64,000 bases of DNA from the human T2T-CHM13v2.0 reference genome, Homo sapiens: NCBI RefSeq assembly GCF_009914755.1, contig NC_060947.1; one strand, written 5' to 3'. Below, in pieces: positions 1 to 14,217 of this stretch. The position numbers and the translations under genes were made by a program. Under the pieces are notes generated by a model. The model was given only the letters and a program-made list of their open reading frames with translations, did no database searches and had not been told where the DNA came from. Numbering within the stretch: position 1 is the first letter of the stretch; every line of letters begins with the position of its first letter.

Positions 1-1334
<1,334 letters not shown>

Positions 1335-1927
1335 AGCAATAGATAGATTTTAAATGCATGCCTCTCTTTCTCCCTCCTCCCTCTAGTAGTCTGCAGTGTT
1401 TATTGTTGTCATCTTTATTTTTATGTGTACTCAATGTTTACCTTCCACCCATAAATGAGAACATGCACTATTTGGTCTTCTCTTTCTGTGTTAATTATCT
1501 TAAGATAATGGCCGCTGGGTGCATCCATTTTGCTACAAAGGACATAATTTCATTTTGTTATGGTTGTGTAGTCTTCCATGGTGTATATATGCAATATTTT
1601 CTTTACATAATCCATCATTGATGGAAACATAGGTTGATTTTATGTCTTTGCTGTTGTGCATAGCTCTGCAGTAAAAATACTAGTGCATGTGTCTCTTTAT
1701 TAGAATAATTTATATCCGTTTGGATAAATACCCAGTAATGAGATTACTGGGTCAAATAGTAGCTGTGTTTTATGTCATCTGAGAAAACTTTAAACTCCTT
1801 TTCACAGTTGTTGAACTAATTTACATTCCTAACAATAGTGCATAAGCATTATCTTTTTTCTGCAGCCTCAGCAGCATCTGTTACTTTTTGATTTTTTAAT
1901 AATAGTCATTCTGACTGGCACGAGTTG

Positions 1928-2302
1928 TGATATGGTTTGGATTTGTGTCTCTGTCCAAATGTCATGTCAAATTGTAATCCCCCATGTGGAGGTGGAGCCT
2001 GGTGGGTGGTGATGGGATCATGGGGGCAAATTTTCCTTTTACTATTCTTGTGATAGTGAGTAAGTTCTCATGAGATCTGGTTGTCAAAAAATGTGTAGCA
2101 TTTCCCTCTTTTCTCTCCTCCTGCTCTGGTCATGTCAGATGTGCTTCCCTTCACCTTCTGCTATGATTGAAAATTTTCGGAGTTCTCCCTAGCCATGTTT
2201 CCTACATAGCCTGCAGAACTGTGTGAGAATTAAATTTCTTTTCTTTATCAATTACCCAGTTTTAGGTATTCTTTTATAGTAGTGCATGGACAGACTAATA
2301 CA
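1928..2302 (+). mobile_element. MaLR solo LTR (MSTA/MSTB-like)
   Basis: Starts tgatatggtttgg, ends gactaataca; L1 sequence continues on both sides. Confidence 0.85.
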
Positions 2303-4632
2303 AGGTCGTATCTTATTGTAGCTTTGATTTTCATTTTTCTGATTATTAGAAATAAAGAGCATTTTTTATGTTAATTGGCCGTTTGTATGTCTTCTTTTGA
2401 GAATTGTCTAGTCCATGTACTTTCTCCATTTTAATGACCTTATTTAATTTTTGTTTGTTGATTTCCTAAGTTTCTTATAGATTCTGGATATTAAATCTTT
2501 GTCCAATGAGGAGTTTGCAAACATTTTCTTCCATTGTGTAGGTTGTTTGTTTACTTTGTTGATAGTTTCTTTTGTTGTGTGAAAGCTTTTCAGTTTATTA
2601 GGTCCCAATTGTTAGTTTTTGTTTCTGTTACAGTTGCTTTTGGGGACTTGGCCAACTATTTATTACCAAGGCTGATGTCAAAAAGGTATTTTCTGGCTTG
2701 TCTTCTAGGATTTTTAGTGTTTGAGGTGTTTTAAATTATTTAATCCTTCTTGAGTTAATTTGTATATATAATGAAGTGTAGGGTTCCAGTTTATTCTTCT
2801 GTCTATGTGAGAAAAATAGCCAGTTATCACAGCACCATTTATTAAATAAAAAGTCATCTCCCCCTTGTTTTTTTTTCTTTTTTTTTTTTTTGATGATTTT
2901 GTTGATGATCCAATGGTTGTAGGTGTGAGGCTTTATTTCTGGGTTTTCTATTGTGTTTCAATGGTGTATTGGTCTGATTTTGTACTAATACCATGCTGTT
3001 TTGGTTACTGTAGTATATTATACTTTGAAGTCAGGTAGTGTGATGCCTCTGGCTTCCTTCTTTTTCCATAGGATGGCTTTGACTATTCAGTCTCTTTTGG
3101 TTACATATGAACTTTAGAGGAGTTTTTTTATAATTCTATAAAAAATGACATTTGTAGTCTGATAGGAATAGCATTTATTCTATAGATTGCTTTAAGGAGT
3201 ATGGCAATTTTAACAATACTGATTCTTCCAATCCATGAGCATGAAATGCCTTTCCACTTATTTTTGTCATCTCTAATATATTTCAGCAGTGTTTTGTAGT
3301 TCTCTTTGTGGAGATATTTTATTTGATTGGCTAGCTGTATTCCCAGGTATTTCATTTTTTGAATTCAAAATGTTTAATTTTATTCACTATTCTTTATTTT
3401 ACTCTCAGATTGAATGTTATTGATGTACAGAAATACTACTAATTTTTCTACAATAATTTTATATTTTGAAACTTTACTGAGGTTGCTTATAAGTTCTAGG
3501 ATCCTTCTGGCAGAATCTTCAGGATTTTCTAGGTATAGAACTATATTATAAACAGAAAGAGATAGCTTGACTTTTTTCCGTATTTGAATTCTCTTTTAAA
3601 AAAAATGTTTAGGCTGGTTTCTCTGTCTAGAAATTCTAGCGCTAAGTTTAATAGGCATGGTGAGAGTGGACAACCTTATTATTTTCCAGTTCTCAAGGAG
3701 GGTGGTTTCAGCATTGTCACATTCAGAGTAATGTTGGCTGTGTGTTTGTCATACATGGCTCTGATTATTTTGGGGTTTGTTACTTTGATGGGTAGTCTGT
3801 TGAGAGTTTTTACCATGAAGGATGTTTTATCTAAAGCTTTTTTTCATTTTTTTTTTTTTGTTTTTTTTCATCTACTGAGATGTTCATATTGTTTTTGCTT
3901 TTAATTGTTTATTTGGTAAGTCATATTTGTTTATTTGCATATGTTGAACCAGGCTTGCAATCCAGGAATAAAGCCTACTTTTTTATGTGCTTCTGAATCA
4001 GTTTGGTAGTGTTTTGTTGATAATATTTGAATCTACATTCATCCAGAAATTGGCCTAAAGTTTTCTTTGTTCACCGTGTCTCTGCCATATTTTGGATTAG
4101 GCTTATGCTGGCTTTACAGAATGAGTTAAGGAGGATTCTCTTTATAATTTTTTGAATAGCTTTATTAGAATTAATACCAGTTATTTGTACACCTGGTAGC
4201 ATTAATCTATGAATCCATCTAGTCCAGTGCTCTTTTTGGTTGGTAGGTTTTTATTACTAATTCAGTCTTGGAACTTGTTATTTGTATTTTCAGGTTTTCA
4301 CTTTTGTCCTGGTTCAATTTTTAGAGATTGTGTGTTTCCAGGGATTTACCCATTTCTTCTAGGTTTTCTAATTGGTACGCATACAGTGGTTCATAATAGT
4401 CTCTCAGGATCTTTTGTGTTTCTGTGAAATCAGTTGTAATGTCATCTTTGTTGTTTCTAATTGTAGTTTTTGAATATTCTCTTTACTTTTTTGCTAATAT
4501 AGCTTGTGGTCTATGCTTTTTGTTTTTATTTTATTTTATTTTTTTTGAATAACCAACTCTTTGTTTCATTGATGTTTTCTATGAATTATTCCATCTCAAT
4601 TTCACTCAGGTCCCTTCTAATTTAGTTATTTC

Positions 4633-5235
4633 TATGAACGTAAAAGTCTCTAAGACAGGTCTCAATCAATTTAGAATGTTTATTTTGCCAAGGTTAAGGA
4701 TGCACCTGTGACACAGACTCAGGATGTCTGGACAACATATGCCCTAAGCAGTTGAGGTATAGCTTGCTTTTATACATTTTAGGGGGACATAATACATCAA
4801 TCAATACATGTAAGATTTACACTGATTCTATCTGAAAGGGCAGAACAACTCGAAGTGGGAGCTTTCAGGTCATAGGTAGGTTAAAAAATTTTCTGAAAAT
4901 TGGTTGAAATAGTTATTAGCAATAGAAAGGAATGTCAAGGTTATGATAAGTGATTGTAGAGAACAATGTTTTATCACACAGATGAAGCCTCCAAGTAGCA
5001 AGCTTCAGAGAGGACAGATTGTAAATATTTCTTATCAGACTTAAGGTCTGTGTTGATGTTAATGCTGGTCAACTTTCCCTGAATTCCAAAAGGGAGGGTA
5101 CAATAAGGCATGTCCGACCACCTCTTTCATCATGACCTTAACTAGTTTTTTGTGTTAACTCTGGAATGCCCTTAGCCAACAAGAAGTGTTTATTTAGATG
5201 GTTGAAGGGCCTTAGACTTTTATTTTTAGTTTACA
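4633..5235 (-). mobile_element. MER4B/MER4D-like 3' LTR
   Basis: Minus strand begins tgtaaactaaaaataaaa; colinear with 13625-14217. Confidence 0.8.
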
Positions 5236-6295
5236 TTCTACCCCTTCTGCCCAAGATTTGCCAGGGGCAATATCAGTGGCCAGCAAATTTTTATTTGGTT
5301 TCATAGCATTGTTAGGCTGGCATGGCTGTCTGCCCCAAGTTTATCCTGTCTCTCGCTGGGACACTTTTTGGTCAAGAGACTTAGAGCCCAAAAACTCTAA
5401 TTAAATATTCTACACCAAATAGAAGTAAATGTGAACAGGTATTTATTACCTTTTTTTTTTTTTTTTTTTTTTTTTGTAAAAAGCCAAAAAATAAAAAGCC
5501 AAAGGCAAGGTCACAAAACTGACTTATTTTTAACTTCTATGCATTGAGCTACTCTAATCTTGATTTTAGTTACAGACGTATAGCAATTAGCATTACAAAA
5601 CATAAGCATTGTTCTGAATTAAAAAATATATATATATCTATCTGCACAACCCATAACTGAGAGTATTATGCCCAGGAGGATTTGCCACAAGGTACCTTTA
5701 TCCTCTCAGTTATTATTTTCTTTTAACTTTACAGGAAGCAAGAAATTCTTTATGGTTGAGATAAATAAAAAGATGCCATATAATACCTCAGAAAGCAGTC
5801 TCTTGTTTTATCAGGAGATATTTTCATGATAGTGAATAAAGTGTACCCATCCTTGATTTGGAGGGTCTGAGCTGATTTTTTCCTTCAAAATTGGCCCTTG
5901 CAATCTCATGCACCCACCTCTATTGTGGCAGTCCCTGGGCTTAGAGGGAGGGTGCTTGTATGGTCTTAGCAGTAGGGCATTTATAGTGAAAAACAGATTG
6001 GGCCTAGTGGGATGCCAAATGAGGGAGATTTGCATTTCTATTCTTTAGAATACTATGATTCTAGTTTCCTTAGAAGTAAAACAAAGAGAGATAAATAACA
6101 TTAATATTTTGAAAATCAAAAGAGTATTTGTGGATCAGAAGAGAAAAAGGAACATATTCCATTAGGGCACAAACTAAAAATATAGAGAAAAATGATAATC
6201 TTATACTCATTAGTGGATTATTGCAGCCAAAAAATGATTTACAATTCAATATGCTCTCAAAAAATAAAAATAAGGGCTAAAGTCTAGTAATAAGT

Positions 6296-6998
6296 TGATA
6301 TGGTTTGGCTGTGTCCCCACCCAAATCTGAACTTGAGTTGTATGTCCCAGAATTCCCATGTGTTGTGGGAGGGACCCAGGGGGAGGTAATTGAATCATGG
6401 AGACCATTCTTTTCCATTCTATTTTCATCATAGTGAATAAGTCTCATGATATTTGATGGGTTTATCAGGGGTTTCCACTTTTGCTTCTTCCTCATCCTCT
6501 CTTGCCACCACCATGTAAGAAGTGCTTTTGACCCCCTGCCATGATTCTGAGGCCTCCCCAGCCATGTGGAATTGTAAGTCCAATTAAATCTATTTTTTCT
6601 TCCCAGTCTCGGGTATGTCTTTATCAGCAGCGTGAATATAGACTAATACACTAAATTGGCACCAGTAGAGTGGGATGTTGCTGAAAAGATATCCAAAAAT
6701 GTAAAAGGGACTTGGAACTGGGTAACAGGCAGATATTGGAGCAGTTTGGGGGGCTCAGGACAGGAAAATGTGAGAAAGTTTGAAACTTCCTAGCGACTTG
6801 TTGAATGTCTTTGCCCAAAATGCTGATAGCGATATGGACAATAAGATTCAGTCTGAGGAGGTCTCTGATGGAGATGAGAAACTTGATGGGAACTGAAGCA
6901 GATGTGACTCTTGTTATGTTTTGGCAAAGAGACTGGTGGCATTTTGCCCCTGCCCTAGTGATTTGTGGAACTTTGAACTTGAGAGAGATATTTTAGGG
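6296..6998 (+). mobile_element. THE1 LTR (6296-6650) plus truncated THE1 internal sequence
   Basis: tgatatggtttggctgtgtcccc...gactaataca, then internal start ctaaattggcaccagtagag homologous to 10709-11050; stops abruptly near 6998. Confidence 0.9.
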
Positions 6999-7633
6999 TG
7001 TGTGTGCCAAATAAGTTTTTGTCTTATTATACTTGGCAAATATGTGAATATTATATTCACATAAAGTGCAACAACAATTGATTGGCTATATAGGCTTTTC
7101 TTAAGTTAGTTTTGCTGGAATTTTACCTAAAAATATGTTATTCTACTCAAAGCTTTGATAAAATAACCAGTGCCTGCAACTGCTCTGTTTTAAAAGAAAA
7201 GACTCTCACTAAATTTATGCAAGTAACTATATTGTCATAAAATCAGAATACTCATGAACAGTTTCTGAACTTTGGAGAACTCAAAGAGAAAAGTGAATTT
7301 GCTCACAAAAACATATTTCACTAGATTTCCCTGACTCTTCTTTAATCAGAGGAGCAGCTTTCAAACAGGATGTTGCTTGTTCACGTTGAAACTGCTTCCC
7401 TCAAGCCAAACAGCTGTTGTGAGATGAGAGCAGTCTATCAGGCATTGTGGAATCTAGCAGTTCCTCAAATAGTTAGAATCCCTCCTAGGGAAAAGAAAGA
7501 CTCTCTGCTTATGCATATTCTTCTCCTTATATGGTCCAGGTAGCAAGATTCTATATAAAAATGATTTGAGTCCTGAACGTAGGATTGGGACAAGAGACTC
7601 AGGCTGTTTTGTCAGTCTTTTTAATTTGCCTCA

Positions 7634-8500
7634 TCATTGTCCAGGCAATGTCAGCTTTCTCATTATAACCTTTGCATTTTGATTTTTCTTAAATGTTCCA
7701 ATCTGGGGCAAATAGTGTTTGAAAGATCTTTGTTTTAACTCCTCAATTTTCATTTTACTTATTTTATTTCTTAATAACCATCCAAAATTTTCTATTACAC
7801 TTCTGTGGCAAAACGTTTGACTCCCTTTTTCTATTCCCATTTATTTTGTTAATTATCTCCAATATTTTATTAAGCAACTGTAAAACCCACGAGGGACAGC
7901 AAATTTGATAAGGCTTCTCAAACAGTCATATGAATCTGTGCGAGTAATGTCATCCAGGGCACTCATGTAAAAGGAGCCCCTTAACAAAAATTTACCATGA
8001 ACTGGGTAACAGGCATATTCAGTGGGAGAATATCCTGGTCATTATAAATCCAGTCCCAACTGGCTTGCATACGTAGCATAGCAACTGTTTCATGTGGGGT
8101 CCTCCACTTGGTATTTCTTAGGGAGAGTAGGAAAGTCCCATTCTCAGGGTAAATAGACCTTACAGTAGCATTTATCTGATTCACTAGACTGGTTGTTCTC
8201 TCAGGAATAATCTGTGCATTTGGATCACATATATTTATCAACAATTGTTTAATAGTAATCTGCTGGTCCTGCATTAAACCAAACAAGCTCTTTTATTCTG
8301 CAGCATTTTAAATGAAGGATTCTGTCCTTAAAGTAGTTATTTCTACAATCTATTATAGTAAATGTTTCACAGGAAGCTGATGATACCAATCTAGAAAATG
8401 AAACAATTTCTTTACATTATACCTTCTGATTTTAATAGTTACTTAGTTTTGCTCTTCCCCACATTGACTATTTTCTTGGTAACCACAGATATCAGAGGTA
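7634..8500 (-). pseudogene. Decayed ERV-L/Fv1-like gag inside the MER4-group internal region
   Basis: Manual translation: RRYNVKKLFHFLDWYHQLP..**I..NAAE*KSLFGLMQD / SLVNQINATVRSIYP / KWRTPHETVAMLRMQASWDWIY / GAPFT..TLL..MTV*EALSNL / ENFGWLLRNKISKMKIE; motif order matches HERV-L/MuERV-L Gag as I recall it; several stops and frameshifts. Confidence 0.65.
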
Positions 8501-10487
8501 ACATTTTGCCCTGGCTTAATTTTTCTCTTTATCCATTTAGTTTAATTTGTATAACTTTTTCTTCATTTTAAAGTGACTCTTAACTAGTCTTTTAAAGCAT
8601 ATCAACTGGTTAATCTGGGGTGCTCTACTTGGTATTTTATAGGGAGAGTTGGGCAGTCCAATTCTCAGGGTAAACAGACATTACAAGGGCAAGTCTCTGC
8701 TTTACTAGGGCAGTTGTTCTCTCAGGAATAACCTCCTGAGTGTTTGGATGACATATATTTGCATCACAAAAAAATACATTTTTTTTTTTGGCAAAAACCA
8801 CATCCTTGTGTTTTTATTAACCAAAAACACCTTTTACACTCCTACTATTTTATCTCCTAGCAGTCCTAATTCCCAGAAAGAAAAGTTACTTAATTTAACA
8901 TAACATTACTATAAGCTTTTAAACTACTAAACTGAATTTTGAGATTAAATTTACCTAATTAATTTTACCAAGATCATGTGAATTGAAAGGAATCTGAGAT
9001 AACTTCTATCTGCTTAGTAAGCCCTTACTTTTCTTTAACACAATTTTGCTTAGAGTTCTTTCATATAGTTTAGAAGTAAACCATCACTTCCACATGACAA
9101 ATATAAATATATACATATAACAGATGGGCAGACAAAAGCAGATCCAAAAGATTATGTATTTTGCCTGTTTTCAAAATTTATCCCCCTCATTTTAGAATAT
9201 TAGTTAAAAAATTACAGAAGCCACCAAGAGTTGAATGAAAAAGTTACCATCCTAGACGTTCTCAAAAGAGAGAATTGGCAGAAGCATCAGGGTACAGCTT
9301 CTGAGATATCAATCTGAATAATTTCAAAAAGAAACATATTATAGAATTTTAAAATTAAAAACCCTCTTGCATTAAAAGTAACTCCATATTTTTGATAAAA
9401 ACTTGCTCTAACCCAATGTTTAGTTGGTATAAGGGTATTTTTAATGTCAAAGTCCAATTTTTAGAAAAACTATTTATTATAATTTTCTTTAATTATTGTC
9501 AATTACATAACATTTTTATAATTTTTTTTTACTAATTTTATTATAAATCAGATTATTCATAGCATGCTTGGACTTTCAGGTTTTTTCTAAATGTTCTCTT
9601 TCTTAAGAAACTAATTTTATTTTAAGCCAAAAATTCACCATACAATTACTTTTAATATAAAATTACTTTTTTAAACTTTCTAACTAAAAATAACTCTTGA
9701 TTTTATAACTTTCTTTACCTGTATTTTATTTTCTTGTTCTTTTTACCTTGTTTTACACATAACCTTTAAATGAGTTTTAATTACACAAAAACAATTTACT
9801 TTTTAGTAAGAACACATTTTTTAGAATTTTCCTGTAATTTTTTTAAATTGTAAAATATTTAGAAATGTAATGAAATATTTATTATTCATCTATTATAACT
9901 TTAAATTCTTAATTATGAAAACTTGGTTTGCAAGTATTCATTCCATTACAGTTACCTAATTATTTTATTTGATAGTTTACCTAGATTATTTATAAAAAAT
10001 GTGATAGTCGTCATTTAAAATTATTTACCTGTCAACCATTTTTAAGTCCTGCAAATTTCAGGTTTTTACATAAGAATCTTAAGATTAAAGATATGGTTAC
10101 TTTACCAATAATTCAAACTTTAGCTCTTTCCATTAAACCAACAATATTAATGTTTTATTTATCAAAAAATTATACAAGCAAAAGTCATTCTGTTTTTGGC
10201 TGGGTTTATAGTTTTTAACCCTTATGGCAAATTTTGACACCTTATAGTATTTGGCAGGGATAAGTATAAAATCACTTGATCAATAATGCAAACAGAAATG
10301 TAGGCTGACAATTCTTGAAACATCTCTAATATTACTTTACCAATGATTTTAAAGCCAACTAATTTATTAGAGTTTACTTAAGTCACATGAACTTGAAAAG
10401 CAGTTTGGCTTTTTATTTAATTTATGAGTACTCTTTAAGTCAACTTGGTACCTTGTAGTCAAAAACACATAACAAAATAGGCATACG

Positions 10488-12629
10488 TGATACAGTCTGG
10501 CCGTGTCCCCACCCAAATTTCCCTGCACAAACTCTCCCTTTTTGCCTGGTGCCATCCACATAAGATGTGACTTGCTCCTCCTTGTCTTCCACCATAATTG
10601 TGAGGCCTCCCCAGCCATGTGAAACTGTAAGTCCACTAAATCTCTTTCTTTTGTAAATTGCCCAGTCTCAATATGGCTTTATCAGCAGTGTGAAAATGCA
10701 CTAATACAGTAAGTTGGTACCAGTAGAGGGTGAGCTGCTGAAAAGATACCTTCAAATGTCAAAGAAACTTTGGAACTGGGTAACAGGCAGAAGTTAGAAC
10801 AGCTTGTGGGGCTCAGAAGACAATAAAAGTTTGGAACTTCCTAGAGACTTGTTGAATGGCTTTGGCCAAAATGCTGTTAGTGATACGGATATTAAAGTCC
10901 AGGCTGAGGTGGTCTCAGGTGGAAATAAGAAACTTGTTGGGAACTGGAGCAAAGGTGACTCTTGTTATGTTTTAGCAAAGAGAGTGGTGGCATTTTGACC
11001 CTGCCCTAAAGATTTGTGGAACTTCAGACTTGAGAGAGATGATTTAGGGTATCTGGTAGAAGAAATGCCTAAGCAGTAAAGGATTCAAGATGTGACTTGG
11101 GTGCTGTTAAAGGCATTCAGTTTTATAAGGGAAGCAGAGCATAAAAGTTGAGAAAATTTGCAGCCTGACAATACAATAGAAAAGAAAATCCCATTTTCTG
11201 AGGAGAAATTCAAGCCAGCTGCAGAAATTTGCATAAGTAATGAGGAGGCAAATGTTAATCCCCAAGACAACGGGAAAAATGCCTCCAGGGCATGTCAGAG
11301 GTATTCATGGAGACCCTTCCATCACAGGCCTGGAGGCCTAGTAGGAGACAGTGGTTTTGTTGCCTGAACCCAGGATCCCCGTGCTGTGTGCAGTCCATGG
11401 ACTTGCTGTCCTATGTCTCAGCCACTCCAGCAATGGCTAAAAGGGGCCAAACTAGAGTTCAGGCCATGGCTTCAGAGGGTGCAAGCACCAAGCCTTGGCA
11501 GCTTCCATGTGGCGTTGAGCCTGTGAGTGTACACAAGTCAAGAAGTGGGGTTTGGGGACCTCCACATGGATTTCAGAAGATGTATGGAAATGCCAGGATG
11601 TCCAGGCAGAAGTTTGCTGCAGGGTCAGGGACCTCATAGAGAATCTCTGCTAGGGCAGTGCAGAATAGAAATGGGTTGGAGCCCCCACACAGTGTCCCTA
11701 TTGGGGCACCACCTAGTGGATCTGTGAGAAGAGAGTCACCATCCTCCAGTCCTCCAGATCCCAGAATGTTAGATCAACTGATGGCTTGCACTGTGTGCCT
11801 GAAAAAGCCACAGACACTCAATGACAGCCTGTGAAGGCAGCCAGAAGGGAGACTGCACCTTGCAAAGCCACATAGGCAGAGCTGCCCAAGACCATGGAGA
11901 CCCACCTTTTGTGCCTGTGTGGCCTGGATATGAGACCTGGAGTCAAAGGAGATCATTTTGGAGCCTTAAAATTTAACTGACCTGCTGGATTTCAGACTGG
12001 CATGGGGCCTGTAGCCTTTTTGTTTTGGCCAATTTCTTTAATATGGAATGGGTGTATTTACCCAATACCTGTACCCCCTTTGTAGCTAGGAAGTAGCTAA
12101 CTTGCTTTTGATTTTACAGACTCATAGGCAGAAGTGATTTGCCTTGTCTCAGATGCAACATTGGACTATGGGCTTTTGAGCTAATACTGAAATGAGTTGA
12201 GACTTTGGGGGACTGTTGGGGAAACATGACTGGTTTTGACATGTGAGGAAATGAGATTTGGGAGGGGCAAGGGGCAGAATAATATGGTTTGGCTGTGTCC
12301 CCACCCAAGTCTCATCTCAAATTCCCATGTGTTGTTAAAGGAATCTGGTGGGAAGTAATTGAATCATGAAGTCTTTTCTGTGCTGTTCTCATGATAGTGA
12401 ATAAATCTCACAAGATCTGATGGTTTTATAAGTGGGAGTTTCCCTGCACAAGCTCTCTCTCTTTGCCTGCCATCATCCATGTAAGATGTGACTTGTTCCT
12501 CCTTGCTTTCCACCATGATTGTTAGGCCTCCCCAGCCATGTTCTACATGTGTCTATTAAACCTCTTTATTTTGTAAATTACTCAGTCTCCGGTATGTCTT
12601 TATCAGCAGTGTGAAAATGGACTAATACA
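10488..12629 (+). mobile_element. Full-length THE1 (MaLR) element
   Basis: 5'LTR 10488-10708 (internally deleted), internal 10709-12279, 3'LTR 12280-12629; TSD atacg/ataca. Confidence 0.93.
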
Positions 12630-13297
12630 ATACATACACATAAATACACACATACACAGTTATACAAACAAAAATCTTATAGCTTTTACTTCAGAACTCT
12701 AGCCATAAAGTATTAATACAAACTCACTGGTTTGCAGAAGCAAATAATGAAAAGAAACATTTGGATGTAAACAGTGGATTTTATCTAATAGAAAATTAAC
12801 AGGAGACGTAAAAAGCAGGAAGAAAAGAAAACAGAGAGATTGACAGAGAACTTAGAAACTTTATAGTTGCAGGTCAACTTTTAGGCTCTGAATTTTCCTT
12901 GATGTGATTTCCCTGTTAGTTTAAAATGTGCACAAGAACAGACGTAATGTTTAACTAAACTGGAATATTAGAAGATGTGACATGTTCTTTCATTTACACA
13001 ACCACTTGCAAGGAGAGGCACCGTAAAACAAAATAGGTGTGTGAAGGGGTCATTCTTAGATAATCTGTTTCCTATATGTCTTGAAAAGAAGGTGTGCAAC
13101 AAAATAAACTTTATATCTCAACCAAATTTTGGGAGATCAGGGATTCTCTGGAGTAGTGAGGGGGAGCACCCAGGTGTCTGCAAATTGTCCTATTGGTTTG
13201 AGCCAAAAAAGTAGCTAAAGCTAATACGAAGCACCGATAGGAGATTTGTCTAAAGTCAGGGGCACCTCCACTCAGAATCCCTTCATGGTTTCCAATT

Positions 13298-14217
13298 TGT
13301 GAACCTAAAATATCTGAGAAAGGTCAGGCATGATGGCTCACATCTGTAATCCCAGCACTTTGGAAGGTCAAGCAGGTAAATTGCTTGAGCTTAGGAGTTT
13401 GAGACCAGCCTGGGCAACATACTGAGACCCCATCTCTACAAAAAAATGCAAAAATTAGCCAGGCATGGTGGCATGTGCCTATAGTCCCAGCTACTTGGGA
13501 GGCTGAGGCAGAAGGATCACTTGAGCCTGAAGGCAGATGTTGCAGTGAGCCGTGATCACGCCACTGCCCTCAAGACTGGGTGATCGATCAAGAGATCAAG
13601 ACTCCCTCTAAATATATATATATAAAATATTTGAGGTTGTTCTTAATTTAGAAAGTTTATTTTACCAAGGTTAAAGACATGCCTGTGAAACAGCCTCAGG
13701 AGGTCCTGATGACATGTGCCCAATGGGGTCAGGGTACAGCTAGCTTTTTGTACATTTTAGGGAGACATAATGCATCAATCAATGCATATAAGATTTACAT
13801 TGGCTTGATCTGGAAGTGTGGAACAATTCAAAGTGGGGGCTTCCAGGTCATAAACAGATTTAAAACTTTTCTGATTGGCAATTGGTTGAAAGAGTTATAT
13901 CAATAGAAAAGAATGTCTAGGTTAAAATGAGGGTTTTTGGAGATAGTTTTATGATGCAGACGAAGCCACCAAATAGCAAGTTTCAGAGACAATAGATTAT
14001 AAATGCTTCTTATCAGACTAAGGTCTGTGTTGATGTTAATGCTGATCAGCTTTTCCTGAGTTCCAAAAGGCAGTAGGGAATAATGAGGCATGTCCAACTC
14101 CGTCTCTTCCATCATGGCCTGAACTTGATTTTTAGGTTGACTCTGGAATGCCCTTGGATAAGAGGAGGGGTCCATTCAGATGGTAGATATGCCTTAGAAT
14201 TTTATTTGTGGTTTACA
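13298..14217 (-). mobile_element. MER4B/MER4D-like 5' LTR, split by an Alu
   Basis: Homologous to 4633-5235; followed on the minus strand by the PBS-like sequence. Confidence 0.8.
13322..13622 (+). mobile_element. AluJ-like SINE
   Basis: Dimeric Alu with J-type motifs (cttgagcttaggagttt, ggatcacttgagcc); approximate TSD aaaatatctgag/aaaatatttgag; tail decayed to (TA)n. Confidence 0.9.

Larger units (their letters stand above)
4633..14217 (-). mobile_element. Complete MER4-group (ERV1) provirus, two LTRs plus internal region
   Basis: Homologous LTRs 4633-5235 and 13298-14217; polypurine tract next to 5236 (minus gcagaaggggtagaa|tgtaaac); PBS-like ttggaaaccatgaaggga after the 5'LTR; imperfect 4-bp TSD tttc/ttta. 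Confidence 0.85.
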
